DNA of 64,000 nt from NCBI GenBank assembly GCA_964005815.1, contig CAXFSR010000043.1, positions 128,001 to 192,000 of the forward strand. The letters run 5' to 3'. Below the pieces are notes generated by a model. It was given only the letters and a program-made list of their open reading frames with translations, did no database searches and was not told the origin of the DNA. Of the stretch, positions 49,239 through 59,295 are shown piece by piece (within the stretch, counting starts at the first letter, position 1; every line of letters begins with the position of its first letter). This stretch comes from an uncultured Nitrospinaceae bacterium (GTDB lineage Bacteria > UBA8248). The position numbers and the translations under genes are program-made.

Positions 49239-49649
49239 TTATTTCTCTAGCTTAATCGGCTCTGTAGCTATTGCAAGATTAGGGAAACCGGCCTGTTTGA
49301 CAATATCCATCACCTTAACAACAAAGCCGTGGGCAACATCCCTATCTGCACGTATCACAACTGTTCCATTTGGTTGCAATTTAGATTCTTCCTGGAATCG
49401 ATTAAAAATATCAGAATATTTTGTCAGTTTATTATTAATAAAAACCCTTTTATCTCTTGCAATAATAACTATAACTTCCTTTCTGACAGGAAGTTGACTA
49501 GTCAATGTTTTAGGTAATTTTATTTTAATTGCAGGCTGCAAGACAAACGTAGAACTTAGAACGAAGAAAATAAGTAAAAGAAAAATTATATCTATCATTG
49601 AAGTCAGTCCAGGTTGAGCTTTTACACGTCGATAATCACGAAATTTCAA
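49239..49649 (-). CDS. exbD: ExbD/TolR family protein
   Basis: LTSMIDIIFLLLIFF, IRADRDV.HG.VVKVMD. Confidence 0.9.
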   Translation of the reverse strand: MKFRDYRRVKAQPGLTSMIDIIFLLLIFFVLSSTFVLQPAIKIKLPKTLTSQLPVRKEVIVIIARDKRVFINNKLTKYSDIFNRFQEESKLQPNGTVVIRADRDVAHGFVVKVMDIVKQAGFPNLAIATEPIKLEK

Positions 49650-49651
49650 AA

Positions 49652-50263
49652 CTATTCTCCTACAAGAACTTCAATAAGTTGAGTAATCTGATTCTCAATT
49701 TTCAATAAAAACTTATCTATCTTGCTACTAAAATAATTAAAAAAAACTAATGCGGGAATTCCCACAACCAAACCTGTAGCTGTTGTTACGAGTGCTTCGC
49801 TAATTCCTCCTGCAAGTTGACTTGGATGTGCTATTCCCTTTTCGCTAATAACAGTAAACACTTTAATCATCCCAAAAACAGTCCCTGTAAGGCCCAACAA
49901 AGGTGCCACAGCAGCAATTGTGCCAAGTGATTGTAAATTTTTTTCGAGAATCGGAACCTCTTGACGTCCTGCGTTTTCACCTATCTCTTTGAGGATTGTT
50001 CTATCTTTAAAATTACTTCTTAATACCTCGCATACTATTCTTCCTATTGATGATGGATTTTTCTCACATAAAGTTATAGCTTCAGGAACTTTCTTTTGAG
50101 CGACTAACTCTTTAACGCTTCTAACCACATCGAGTTTCACAATCTCCTTGTCTCTCAGAACAAAAATTCTCTCAATAATAATCGCAAGAGAAAGAACTGA
50201 ACAAACGAAAAGAGGAATCATTAAAATGCCTCCGCTCCATAGCAAGTCCAAAAAAGTTCCCAT
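49652..50263 (-). CDS. exbB: MotA/TolQ/ExbB proton channel
   Basis: APLLGLTGTV.GMI, GISEALVTTATGL. Confidence 0.9.
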   Translation of the reverse strand: MGTFLDLLWSGGILMIPLFVCSVLSLAIIIERIFVLRDKEIVKLDVVRSVKELVAQKKVPEAITLCEKNPSSIGRIVCEVLRSNFKDRTILKEIGENAGRQEVPILEKNLQSLGTIAAVAPLLGLTGTVFGMIKVFTVISEKGIAHPSQLAGGISEALVTTATGLVVGIPALVFFNYFSSKIDKFLLKIENQITQLIEVLVGE

Positions 50264-50315
50264 TTCGATTTCCTCTCAATAATTAGAGTTAAACTGCTTC
50301 TCTTTTCAAAGAATT

Positions 50316-53300
50316 TTATTTATTCTTGACAAAATTTCTTAACTTTTTAGTGGCTATCTTATTACATTTTTTAAGATTAGCCGAACGTTCAATTTTTTCA
50401 AGAATTTTTTGAGCCGTTGAAAACTCTTTTCTCAATTCATAAATTCCAGCTGACCTTAATAATGATTTACAAACTATGTCTTCATCATCAGAAAACTTAT
50501 AAGCTAGATGCAAATATCCAAGCCCTGCTTTTCTATCCTCTTTCTCCTCAAGAATACGGATAAGCAGAAATCTAGCTCTAGCAGAAATACTTGAATTTTT
50601 CATTTTTGAAGCTGGCAACAATACTTTCTTTGCTTCCTCAAAACGTTTTTCCTCTATAAAAATACTACCAAGCTCAAGCATAGAATTTACTCTTATTTCA
50701 ACATTATTTTTTGTAATATGTTTGGTTATTTTTGAAAACTGCTCAATAGATTTTTGTTTCTCTCCCAACTTTTTATAACAGATTCCTAAATAATACCTTG
50801 ACAAGGATACATACTCGTGATTATCAAATTCAGATAACAATGAATCAAACCATTTCTTAGATTCAGAATATCTGCCAATTTCATATAACGTTTTACCTAA
50901 TGCAAAAAGGACGTCCGGTCGCATTGTATGCTTAGGATATTTTCTCAGAATTCTTTCATAAGAACTTAAAGAAGCATCAATTTTTCCATTCATACGATGG
51001 ATCATGGAAATTCTAAACAATGCCTGTGCTGCAAATGGGGAATTTGGATATTCTGCAAAAATTTGCAAATATTCCTCAAATGCCTTGTCTAATTTTTTTT
51101 CTGAGAAATATGTTTCTGCAATTTGAAAAGAAAGAGCAATACTTAAAAGTTCTTTCGGAGACCTCTTTATAACTCGCCTCGCCTGTAACAAGAACTCAGA
51201 AAAATTCTTTCTCCTTGCGCTCGTCATCGCATAACTATATGCAGCTTCCCTTGCCTCTGGATATAATTGAAATTTACTTGCAATAAATGAATAAACAATT
51301 TCTGCTTTCTTAAAATCACTAAGATTATAATGCGTATCACCTACCCTTAAGTATGCCTTAGTCAAAAACTTAGATTGAGGATTTTTCCGAATAAAATCTT
51401 TTAACCTTTCAAGTGAAACCGAATAATTAAGCTTATGGAATGGTATTAATGCATAATGAAACATTATTTCGTCAAGAAATGTGGATTTGGAATATTTCGT
51501 TAGAAAAGTTGAAAGTGCAGATTCTGCAGCATTCAACTTGCTCCTTTGTATTAACAATTTTATCTTTTGATAAAGAGCGCGCTCAGAAACTAAAGTACCA
51601 TCAAATCTTTTTTCCACACGATCAAATGTATGAATTGCCTTCTGAAAATCCCCTAGGTTAAATCTTGATTCAGCTGCCCGAAAAAGTGACTCAGATGCAT
51701 ATTTTCCGTAAGGAGATGAATAAAAGATTTTTTCGAATAAAATCGCAGATTTTTTCCAATCTTTACGTGAAAAATAAATCCAAGACAATCCCATTTGAGC
51801 TTGCAAATAAGAAGTGGAGGAAGGAGGAATAGACAAAAATAACACTTCAGCACTTTTATACTTTCTTCTTTCCAAGAAAATTTCTCCAAGCCAAACAGTA
51901 GCCATATAATAGATATACTCATACTTTTTATTTTTTTCTTGTCTAACTAAATCCCTAAGAGTTTCTTCTGCTAATTTATAATCCTTCATATGAATTGCCG
52001 CTAAAGAGAAATACAAACTTGAAATATTTTTTAGTTTTATTTCACTTTGGAAGCTTCTGTATTGAAAAAGATCATTGGTCCTTTTAAGTATTCCAAATGA
52101 TCTGGAATACTCTCCCATTTCATAAAAACATAAACCTTCAAGTATAAGAGCTATAGGGTAAATCTTCCTCAATGGACTTTGATCGGTTACTTGCGTAACG
52201 TAATAAACGGCTTTAGAAAATTCTTTTTTTTCAAACAAAGACCAAGCTAATTCAAGTAAAATATTTTCTGTTTCTAAAGATTCAGACAGAAACTTCCTTG
52301 AACTTTCAACAATCTTTACAATTTCACTCACATGCAAAATGCCTTGTCTAAATAGACGCAACTTTGCAGAAATAGAACCGACTTGAACAGAGTTACTTAA
52401 TTTATGTATAGGATATTTCTTTTCAAACAAGGCAAAGGATAGCAACGCATCATTATATTTCCCTAACTTTAATTCACTCCAGCCTTTCGCGTATAAAGTT
52501 ATGCTCTCATAAACATAGTTTTGAACTTTTTGTTTGGCTAAAAACTTTATTGCTTGACGGAACAAACTAAGTGATTCCTTAAAATCTCCAGTCCGGACAG
52601 ACACAATACCTGCATTTACAAGCGACTCTAACTGATAATCACCTTTATAATCAGATAGAGAAATCCAACTTTTTTTTGCTGAAGAAAATTGTTTTTGCTT
52701 ATATAAAGCCCATGATTTCAGATAAGCAGCATGTCTATAATAAATACTCCTTTTCCAATGTTTTCCTTCGGTAATCTTCAAACATAAAGAGTAATTCTTG
52801 TTTTGACAGGCCATCAAAGCTAAATAAAAACTAGCAGAAGAGACATATGGTAGTGAAACATTACCTTTCATTTTCAAGAGTTTATCTCTCCATTGACTTG
52901 CTTTCTTATATTGATTCATTTGCATTAGAGCTTCCACACCCCAGAACAAAGAAGCAGAAAGATAAAGAACATTCTCACTTTCCTTTGCTTTATCTTTAGC
53001 TTTTTCGAAATAATAAAAAGCTTCTACGGGAGATTTTTTATGCAAATACGCTCTTCCTGTTTCAAAAAGTTCTACAATATTACCAAACAAATCTAAGTAC
53101 CAAGCATAGCCGGCATATGCTAATTCAAGATCTACACTAGACTCAGTTGGGAAGAAACGGTTGGGAAGTCGAATTTCAGGCATTTCAGGATTAACTAAAA
53201 GATCTTGGAATGAAAATTTAATATATTTAGGCGGAACCAGCTTTTTCTTAGTTCCGATTATTTTCAAGCTACTTTTCCAGTTTATAGTTACTGGAGGTAT

Positions 53301-53444
53301 TTTAAGTTTCAGTTCTAATTCTTTTTGTGATTTTTTTTGAGTTGCGCTTAATAATTCCATAGGGAAAAGTAAAAACAGACAAAGATACACAACTAACAGA
53401 AATACAAGACATTGAATTCTCAAAACATATCTTTTCAAATCCAT
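50316..53444 (-). CDS. Large exported TPR-repeat protein (1042 aa)
   Basis: N-terminal hydrophobic segment, many TPR units with YP.S turns. Confidence 0.85.
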   Translation of the reverse strand: MDLKRYVLRIQCLVFLLVVYLCLFLLFPMELLSATQKKSQKELELKLKIPPVTINWKSSLKIIGTKKKLVPPKYIKFSFQDLLVNPEMPEIRLPNRFFPTESSVDLELAYAGYAWYLDLFGNIVELFETGRAYLHKKSPVEAFYYFEKAKDKAKESENVLYLSASLFWGVEALMQMNQYKKASQWRDKLLKMKGNVSLPYVSSASFYLALMACQNKNYSLCLKITEGKHWKRSIYYRHAAYLKSWALYKQKQFSSAKKSWISLSDYKGDYQLESLVNAGIVSVRTGDFKESLSLFRQAIKFLAKQKVQNYVYESITLYAKGWSELKLGKYNDALLSFALFEKKYPIHKLSNSVQVGSISAKLRLFRQGILHVSEIVKIVESSRKFLSESLETENILLELAWSLFEKKEFSKAVYYVTQVTDQSPLRKIYPIALILEGLCFYEMGEYSRSFGILKRTNDLFQYRSFQSEIKLKNISSLYFSLAAIHMKDYKLAEETLRDLVRQEKNKKYEYIYYMATVWLGEIFLERRKYKSAEVLFLSIPPSSTSYLQAQMGLSWIYFSRKDWKKSAILFEKIFYSSPYGKYASESLFRAAESRFNLGDFQKAIHTFDRVEKRFDGTLVSERALYQKIKLLIQRSKLNAAESALSTFLTKYSKSTFLDEIMFHYALIPFHKLNYSVSLERLKDFIRKNPQSKFLTKAYLRVGDTHYNLSDFKKAEIVYSFIASKFQLYPEAREAAYSYAMTSARRKNFSEFLLQARRVIKRSPKELLSIALSFQIAETYFSEKKLDKAFEEYLQIFAEYPNSPFAAQALFRISMIHRMNGKIDASLSSYERILRKYPKHTMRPDVLFALGKTLYEIGRYSESKKWFDSLLSEFDNHEYVSLSRYYLGICYKKLGEKQKSIEQFSKITKHITKNNVEIRVNSMLELGSIFIEEKRFEEAKKVLLPASKMKNSSISARARFLLIRILEEKEDRKAGLGYLHLAYKFSDDEDIVCKSLLRSAGIYELRKEFSTAQKILEKIERSANLKKCNKIATKKLRNFVKNK

Positions 53445-53452
53445 AAAATTAA

Positions 53453-54994
53453 TTACCTAAACAAGGGCTCTCTAGAGCGAATAAATTTTTCGCGTTCCAT
53501 CAATCTTTCCTTATATTTTTTCTTTAGGAAAAGAACTTTTTCTTTTCTTTGCTTTACCTTACGAAGATACTCTTTCTCTAACTGACGTACCTTCTTTTTA
53601 TAAAATTCGAGTTTCTTTATATTCTCCAGTTTCAACACGCGCACATTCTTTTCTCTATTTTTTACTTTACGAAGATACGCTCTTTCTAGATCGCGCACCT
53701 TCTTCTTGTAAGTTTCAAGTTTCTCAACATTCTCGAGCCTTAATGCACGTATCTTCTTTTTTCTCTTTTCAACCTTACGAAGATATTGTTCTTCTGACCT
53801 TCGAATTTTATTTTTGTAATCAACAAGAGCTTCAAGGAAGGCTTTTTTCCTCCTTACGTTTTCCTCATCACGTTTTCTTGTTTGTTCTTGATATTTCTTC
53901 TCAATTTCTTTAATTCTTTTTTTACGGTTTCTAACTTTTCTTGCATAAATAATTTTCTCTTTTTCAACAACTAAGTTTCTCTCTCGAATTTTTGTCAAAA
54001 ACAATTTTATTTCTCTAATACGTATTTCAGACAATCCATAAAATTGTGAAAATTCACGATCTTTAACAACTCCCTTTTCCTCTATACTTTTTCTAAGTAA
54101 TTTCAGATATCTTATAGATTCCTTCCAATCCATTAGTTCTTCAGAAATTTCAGATAAACGCCATAAGGAAAAAATAAATCCTTTAAAATTACTGTTTTTT
54201 TTCTGTTTTACAATTTGGAGATAGATCGCAAAAGCTTTTTTCTTTTCATTCAGCTCATCTAAGGATATAGCAAGACGAAATTTAGATTGTTCTTGAATAT
54301 ATAAACTTGTCTTAGATAACAATATTTCAGAAAAGTAAAATTTCGACAATTTAAAATTGTCAGATCTAAGCGCACAATCACCACGCAAAAAAAGATATCG
54401 AATATAATCTTTCCCAGAAAGAGAATCCTTCCAGCCAGAAATTAATTCAAGTTTCTTAATATTCTGGATAGAACTTTGACAATCATTCTTCCCGTACCTT
54501 GCAAAAGACGCACGAAGCATTTTCTTTTCTATAAGAGACGACAAGTATGAAAATTTCTTAGATTTATTGCTTTTGAAATGAACAAATGCATTTTCATAAT
54601 TTATGCTTGATTTTAATTCATTCCCTTGCAGTTCATGAATTTCTCCAAGTCTTATATAGGACTTAAGATAAAATACTTTTGCACTGTGATTCTTGTCAGC
54701 TAAAATAAGTTGAAAATTCTTTATAGCCAAATCAAATTGTTTTGTCTTTCTAAAAGACTCTGCAAGCAAGAATCTTGCAATAATATTTTTCGTATTTTTT
54801 TGATCCTTAATTAAAAAATCGGAAAAAACTTCGATAGCCGGAATATAAAAACCATCTTTGAACAACTTTAATCCCAAAACAAAAGACTTCTCTTTTTCTT
54901 TTTCCTTTAACTCCACCGAGAACAAAATATTCTGAGACAAGAAAATAAAAGCCAAAACTGCGCTGAAGAAGATGATTTTTTTCAAAGAAAACAT
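53453..54994 (-). CDS. Exported TPR protein with a C-terminal basic repeat helix
   Basis: Signal peptide, TPR-like N-half, K/R/E-rich tail. Confidence 0.75.
   Translation of the reverse strand: MFSLKKIIFFSAVLAFIFLSQNILFSVELKEKEKEKSFVLGLKLFKDGFYIPAIEVFSDFLIKDQKNTKNIIARFLLAESFRKTKQFDLAIKNFQLILADKNHSAKVFYLKSYIRLGEIHELQGNELKSSINYENAFVHFKSNKSKKFSYLSSLIEKKMLRASFARYGKNDCQSSIQNIKKLELISGWKDSLSGKDYIRYLFLRGDCALRSDNFKLSKFYFSEILLSKTSLYIQEQSKFRLAISLDELNEKKKAFAIYLQIVKQKKNSNFKGFIFSLWRLSEISEELMDWKESIRYLKLLRKSIEEKGVVKDREFSQFYGLSEIRIREIKLFLTKIRERNLVVEKEKIIYARKVRNRKKRIKEIEKKYQEQTRKRDEENVRRKKAFLEALVDYKNKIRRSEEQYLRKVEKRKKKIRALRLENVEKLETYKKKVRDLERAYLRKVKNREKNVRVLKLENIKKLEFYKKKVRQLEKEYLRKVKQRKEKVLFLKKKYKERLMEREKFIRSREPLFR
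53496..53819 (-). repeat. Three imperfect 108-bp (36-aa) coding tandem repeats
   Basis: TTACGAAGATA recurs at 53559, 53667 and 53775; protein unit YKxK(I/V)RxxExxYLRKV. Confidence 0.8.
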
Positions 54995-54995
54995 T

Positions 54996-55838
54996 TTAAA
55001 GTTCCAAAGACAAATTATCTATTAGTCTTACCGATCCTATTTTCACAGCTATCATAATGCGAGCTGTGCTTTCTATTTTTTGCAAACTTTCTAAATCTAC
55101 AGAGCCAACAATATCTATATATTCTATGTATAAATCAGGAACAGAAAGTATCTCTTTTGCCTTTTCGATTAATTCAATACAGTTTCTTTCACCTTCATAA
55201 AATAATTTCTCAACTTCCTTCATTGCTTTAATAATTAAAATAGCAAGCGTTCTATCTTTTTGGCTTAGATTTACATTCCTACTACTTAATGCAAGGCCGT
55301 CCTTCTCACGAATTATCGGACATAAAATAATCTCAGTATCTAGCATCAAGTCAAAGCACATTCTTTGGACTATTAAAAACTGCTGGTAATCTTTCTCTCC
55401 AAAATAAGCAAAATCGGGACTGCAAATCGTTAACAATTTCATCACAACTGTCGATACACCCCTGAAATGTCCAGGTCTTTTTAATCCACAAAGCTTTTCT
55501 GCAATCCCCTCTATATCAATCCAAGTAGAATATCCGGGGGGGTAAATCTGATCGGCACTAGGAACAAAAAGTAAATCAACGTCTAAAGAATTACATAATC
55601 GAGAATCATTCTCTATTGTTCTAGGATAACTTTTGAGATCTGTTGCAGAATTAAATTGTGCTGGATTTAAGAATATACTAACTAAAGTGATTTCATTATC
55701 TTCTGTAGATTTTTTTATTAAACTTATGTGACCATCATGAAGGGCGCCCATAGTAGGAACCAGACCTACATTAAAAGGCTTTTTTTTAAAGTCTGCGCAC
55801 AATAAACGCATTTCTTCAACAGATGAGATAAGTTCCAT
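54996..55838 (-). CDS. panC: Pantoate--beta-alanine ligase
   Basis: VPTMGALHDGH, RPGHFRGV, FGEKDYQQ, RE.DGLALSSRN, RLIDN. Confidence 0.96.
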   Translation of the reverse strand: MELISSVEEMRLLCADFKKKPFNVGLVPTMGALHDGHISLIKKSTEDNEITLVSIFLNPAQFNSATDLKSYPRTIENDSRLCNSLDVDLLFVPSADQIYPPGYSTWIDIEGIAEKLCGLKRPGHFRGVSTVVMKLLTICSPDFAYFGEKDYQQFLIVQRMCFDLMLDTEIILCPIIREKDGLALSSRNVNLSQKDRTLAILIIKAMKEVEKLFYEGERNCIELIEKAKEILSVPDLYIEYIDIVGSVDLESLQKIESTARIMIAVKIGSVRLIDNLSLEL

Positions 55839-55900
55839 TATAACTTGCCCAAATGAAAAAAGATTAAAAATTTAAACAAAGAACATAAATTATTTCATAG

Positions 55901-56413
55901 TTAAAGTTTAGAATCATCACCTATTTTTTTTACCCAAAATTTATTTTCTGGGACAAATTCGAGTAATTCTCTTATCGTCTTTCCTAAAACTGGATGCAAA
56001 ACATTTGGAGCGATCTCTGCCAAAGGTTCAAGAACAAAACGTCTTTGGTGCATTCTTGGATGGGGAATTTCTAATGATGAGGTTTCCAATATCGATGATC
56101 CGAAAAGTAGAATGTCTAAATCAATAATTCGAGGAGAACCTTTCTTCAACCTAATTCTACCCATTTCTTTCTCTATTTCTAGAATAAGTTCTAAAAGTTG
56201 ACGCGAAGAAGATATGCAAGAAAATTCCGCAACTGCGTTTAAAAATGCTGGTTGTGGTTCTACTCCAACGGGCTCAGTCTCGTAAAAAGAAGAAAGAGAA
56301 CAAAAATGCAAGTATTTATTTCCCGACAAAAGTTCTATAGCTTTATTAATTTGAGACGAACGATCGTTAAGATTCGATCCCAAGCCGATAAAAACAGAAA
56401 TTTCTTCTATCAA
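55901..56413 (-). CDS. folK: 6-hydroxymethyl-7,8-dihydropterin pyrophosphokinase
   Basis: GLGSNL, PRIIDLDIL, PHPRMHQRRFVL. Confidence 0.95.
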   Translation of the reverse strand: MIEEISVFIGLGSNLNDRSSQINKAIELLSGNKYLHFCSLSSFYETEPVGVEPQPAFLNAVAEFSCISSSRQLLELILEIEKEMGRIRLKKGSPRIIDLDILLFGSSILETSSLEIPHPRMHQRRFVLEPLAEIAPNVLHPVLGKTIRELLEFVPENKFWVKKIGDDSKL

Positions 56414-57576
56414 AAACCTAGTTTCTTTATTCTATCGAATGCCTCTAAAAGCCTATCCTCCGGAACTGTTAGAGCCATACGAATATAACCTTCACCGTGC
56501 GGACCAAATCCAACTCCAGGGGTGGTTACAACACCTGTATTCTTAAGAATATGCGCAGTAAATTCTGTCGAAGTGTAACTTTCAGGACATTTAATCCACA
56601 TATAAAAGGTAGCCTGAGGATTATTCACTTCAAGATTTAATTCTTTCAAAGCACCAAAAGCAACATCCCGTCTTTTTTCATAAACCGTACGCATTTCAGC
56701 AACACAAGATTGATCTGAAGTAATAGCTCTAATGCCAGCTTCTTGTATTCCCTGGAATGCACCTGAGTCGACATTTGTTTTTATAGAACCCAAACCTGCC
56801 AAAACGTCTGGATTTCCTACAGCACAAGCTATTCTCCAACCTGTCATATTGTATGTCTTAGAAAGTGAATGAAATTCTATCCCGACCTCTTTTGCTCCGT
56901 CAGCATTTAAAAAACTAAGTGGAGGCACACCATCAAAATACATTTCGGAATATGCATTATCACTACATACTATCACATCATAACTTTGTGCAAACTCTAC
57001 CAATTTATTATAGAAATTCATATCTGCACATGCGGCAGTTGGATTATTCGGATAATTAACAAAAATTATCTTCGATGCTTTTGCAATATCACTAGGAATG
57101 TCCTCCAATTTAGGAAGAAATCCATTTCCTTCTAACAGTGGCATAAAATGTACTTTTCCATCCGCAAAATACGTAGCAACTTCATATACTGGATAGGCAG
57201 GGTCAGGAACAAGAACATAATCACCAGGGTTTACAAATGCTAAGGGAATATGAGCAATCCCTTCTTTGGAACCAATTAAAGTAAGGACTTCAGAATTTGG
57301 ATCTAGACCAACACCAAACCTATTCTCATACCATTCCCCACATGCTTCTCTAAAACTTTTCATTCCTATATAGGAAGGGTATTGATGATTTTCAACTTTC
57401 CTAGATGCCACATCAAGTTCTTTAATAATATGTTCAGGAGTAGGCAGATCTGGATCACCTATTCCGAGACTTATAATATCTTTTCCATCATTAGCGGCCT
57501 CAGCTTTCATTCGATCTATTTCGGCAAAAAGGTAGGGTGGCAAATTACCAAGCCGATCAGCAAGTTTAATATCCAT
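56410..57576 (-). CDS. dapL: LL-diaminopimelate aminotransferase
   Basis: LPPYLFAEID, GSKEGIAH, NYPNNPT, SLSKTYNMTGWR; lysine-cluster context. Confidence 0.85.
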   Translation of the reverse strand: MDIKLADRLGNLPPYLFAEIDRMKAEAANDGKDIISLGIGDPDLPTPEHIIKELDVASRKVENHQYPSYIGMKSFREACGEWYENRFGVGLDPNSEVLTLIGSKEGIAHIPLAFVNPGDYVLVPDPAYPVYEVATYFADGKVHFMPLLEGNGFLPKLEDIPSDIAKASKIIFVNYPNNPTAACADMNFYNKLVEFAQSYDVIVCSDNAYSEMYFDGVPPLSFLNADGAKEVGIEFHSLSKTYNMTGWRIACAVGNPDVLAGLGSIKTNVDSGAFQGIQEAGIRAITSDQSCVAEMRTVYEKRRDVAFGALKELNLEVNNPQATFYMWIKCPESYTSTEFTAHILKNTGVVTTPGVGFGPHGEGYIRMALTVPEDRLLEAFDRIKKLGF

Positions 57577-57801
57577 TTAAAGAACAACCTCCTAAAATAA
57601 CTTGTTAAAATTAAGTTGATTGAAACACGATTATCATTCAAGTTGAGAAAAAGCTCAACAAACTTGTAATTTAAATTAACAAGTTGAGAACAAGAAAGGA
57701 AAAACTAAATTTCAAAAATAGTATTGCTATTAGACAAAACTTAAGATATTAATATGTTGAGTCTTTAGTTTTGCACCGCCTAACCAAAGGATTTTGTTTA
57801 A

Positions 57802-58758
57802 ATGGTACATGTAATTGCAGAACCATGTGTGGATACGAAAGATACAGCCTGTGTAGATGTATGTCCCGTCGATTGCATACACGAAGCTGGAGACGGTTCA
57901 AGCAATCAACTATTTATAGACCCAGTAGAATGTATCGATTGTGCAGCTTGTGTTCCTGCCTGTCCTGTTGATGCTATATTCGCTGAAGGAGATCTTCCTG
58001 CAAAGTGGTCTAGTTTTACAAAGATTAACGCAGATTTTTTTACCGCGGCACCCGCTGCCGCCTCAACTACGGCGTCATCTTCTGCTGAATCCCCTAAAGC
58101 ACCTGCCAAAGAACCCGAACCTGAATGGAAACCCGAACCTATAGATCTTTCAGAAGAAGATATGTACAAATCTATATCCGAAATGAGAGAAGATGTTGCA
58201 GTAAACAGAGGACTTTCTGTTCTTTATTCAAAGACCTCAATTCTTCGTTTCCCAATTATTACAATTGCTGCAGTGCTCCTTCTTTTCATTTATGGATTAT
58301 CCAATAATCTTTCCAAAAATTTCAACAAAACTGTATATGGGAAAATCTCTTCATTTGCACTCAATCAGACAAAACCTAAGATAGCAGAAAACACCTTTAC
58401 TATTTTCAAAAAAATAAATGGAAAAACATACAAAGCTAAAGTTGTTGATTCTATTTTTGGAAATAGAAATCTCTCATTCATAATACCTTCGGGAGAATTC
58501 AAGAGAGAGATATACCATGGTGGAGAAGCTTATTTTGGGAAGCTAACTAATCAAAACAGTCAGTTCTACTATATTTACACTGACGAAAAAAGTGACGGAA
58601 AACTTGACTCCGTTTTACTTGTCAGAGAAATATGGTCTTCGAAAAATCGTTTTCTAGGAAGGTACCACAGACCCGTAAAACCAACTTCGGAACATCAGTT
58701 GTCATATAAAAAGGCTGCGAAATTATTCGCTAAAGAGATAGGTCTTACGGAAAGTTAG
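57802..58758 (+). CDS. 7Fe-type ferredoxin fused to a linker, a TM helix and an unknown C-terminal domain
   Basis: EPC...KDTACVDVCPVDCIH and CIDCAACVPACP; Ala/Pro/Glu linker; IITIAAVLLLFIYGL TM. Confidence 0.75.
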   Translation: MVHVIAEPCVDTKDTACVDVCPVDCIHEAGDGSSNQLFIDPVECIDCAACVPACPVDAIFAEGDLPAKWSSFTKINADFFTAAPAAASTTASSSAESPKAPAKEPEPEWKPEPIDLSEEDMYKSISEMREDVAVNRGLSVLYSKTSILRFPIITIAAVLLLFIYGLSNNLSKNFNKTVYGKISSFALNQTKPKIAENTFTIFKKINGKTYKAKVVDSIFGNRNLSFIIPSGEFKREIYHGGEAYFGKLTNQNSQFYYIYTDEKSDGKLDSVLLVREIWSSKNRFLGRYHRPVKPTSEHQLSYKKAAKLFAKEIGLTES

Positions 58759-59270
58759 AAATCTACCTTATCTGCTTCATCAGTCTCAGGAAATGGTCCC
58801 TCTTTTATTTCAATAGCTTTTGTGTTTTCTTCTAGAAATTCTATGCTATGTCCCTCGTACATAAGTATCAAGTCCCCAGGACTTAATATAGTATCACCAG
58901 CATAATCTCCCTCTTTAGAATAAACACCTATCTTGATGGAACCTCTTCGACAAAACATTATCTGATGACGGGTGTCATTCTTTGGACGTTCTGTAACTAA
59001 ATGATAATGAGGGTGTACGATAGAACCTGGACTTCGATTAAGCAGAACTATTTGCAAAGGCAATTCATCACTCGTAACATGAGCTTTTGTCTTTCTTTCA
59101 GATTCAAAATCTTGACCTGAATATGCTTTTGCTAGATGTTCTTTTTCAGAACCACTTTTTAGGAATGGTGGAAATTTTTCATAATCGTTGAAATCATCAC
59201 GTATAACCATAGCCAAAACCCTACCCGATTCTGACTTTATATACTCAACACTGTCTCTACTTTTCTCCAT
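58755..59270 (-). CDS. Hypothetical cupin-fold protein
   Basis: PHYH, GDLILM..GH, EIKEGP. Confidence 0.6.
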   Translation of the reverse strand: MEKSRDSVEYIKSESGRVLAMVIRDDFNDYEKFPPFLKSGSEKEHLAKAYSGQDFESERKTKAHVTSDELPLQIVLLNRSPGSIVHPHYHLVTERPKNDTRHQIMFCRRGSIKIGVYSKEGDYAGDTILSPGDLILMYEGHSIEFLEENTKAIEIKEGPFPETDEADKVDF

Positions 59271-59295
59271 TTTATTCTCATTTCACAGAAATGTT

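Noticed and set aside
53496..53819. Repeat array as CRISPR
   Set aside because: In-frame coding repeats with degenerate units, no unique spacers and no cas genes
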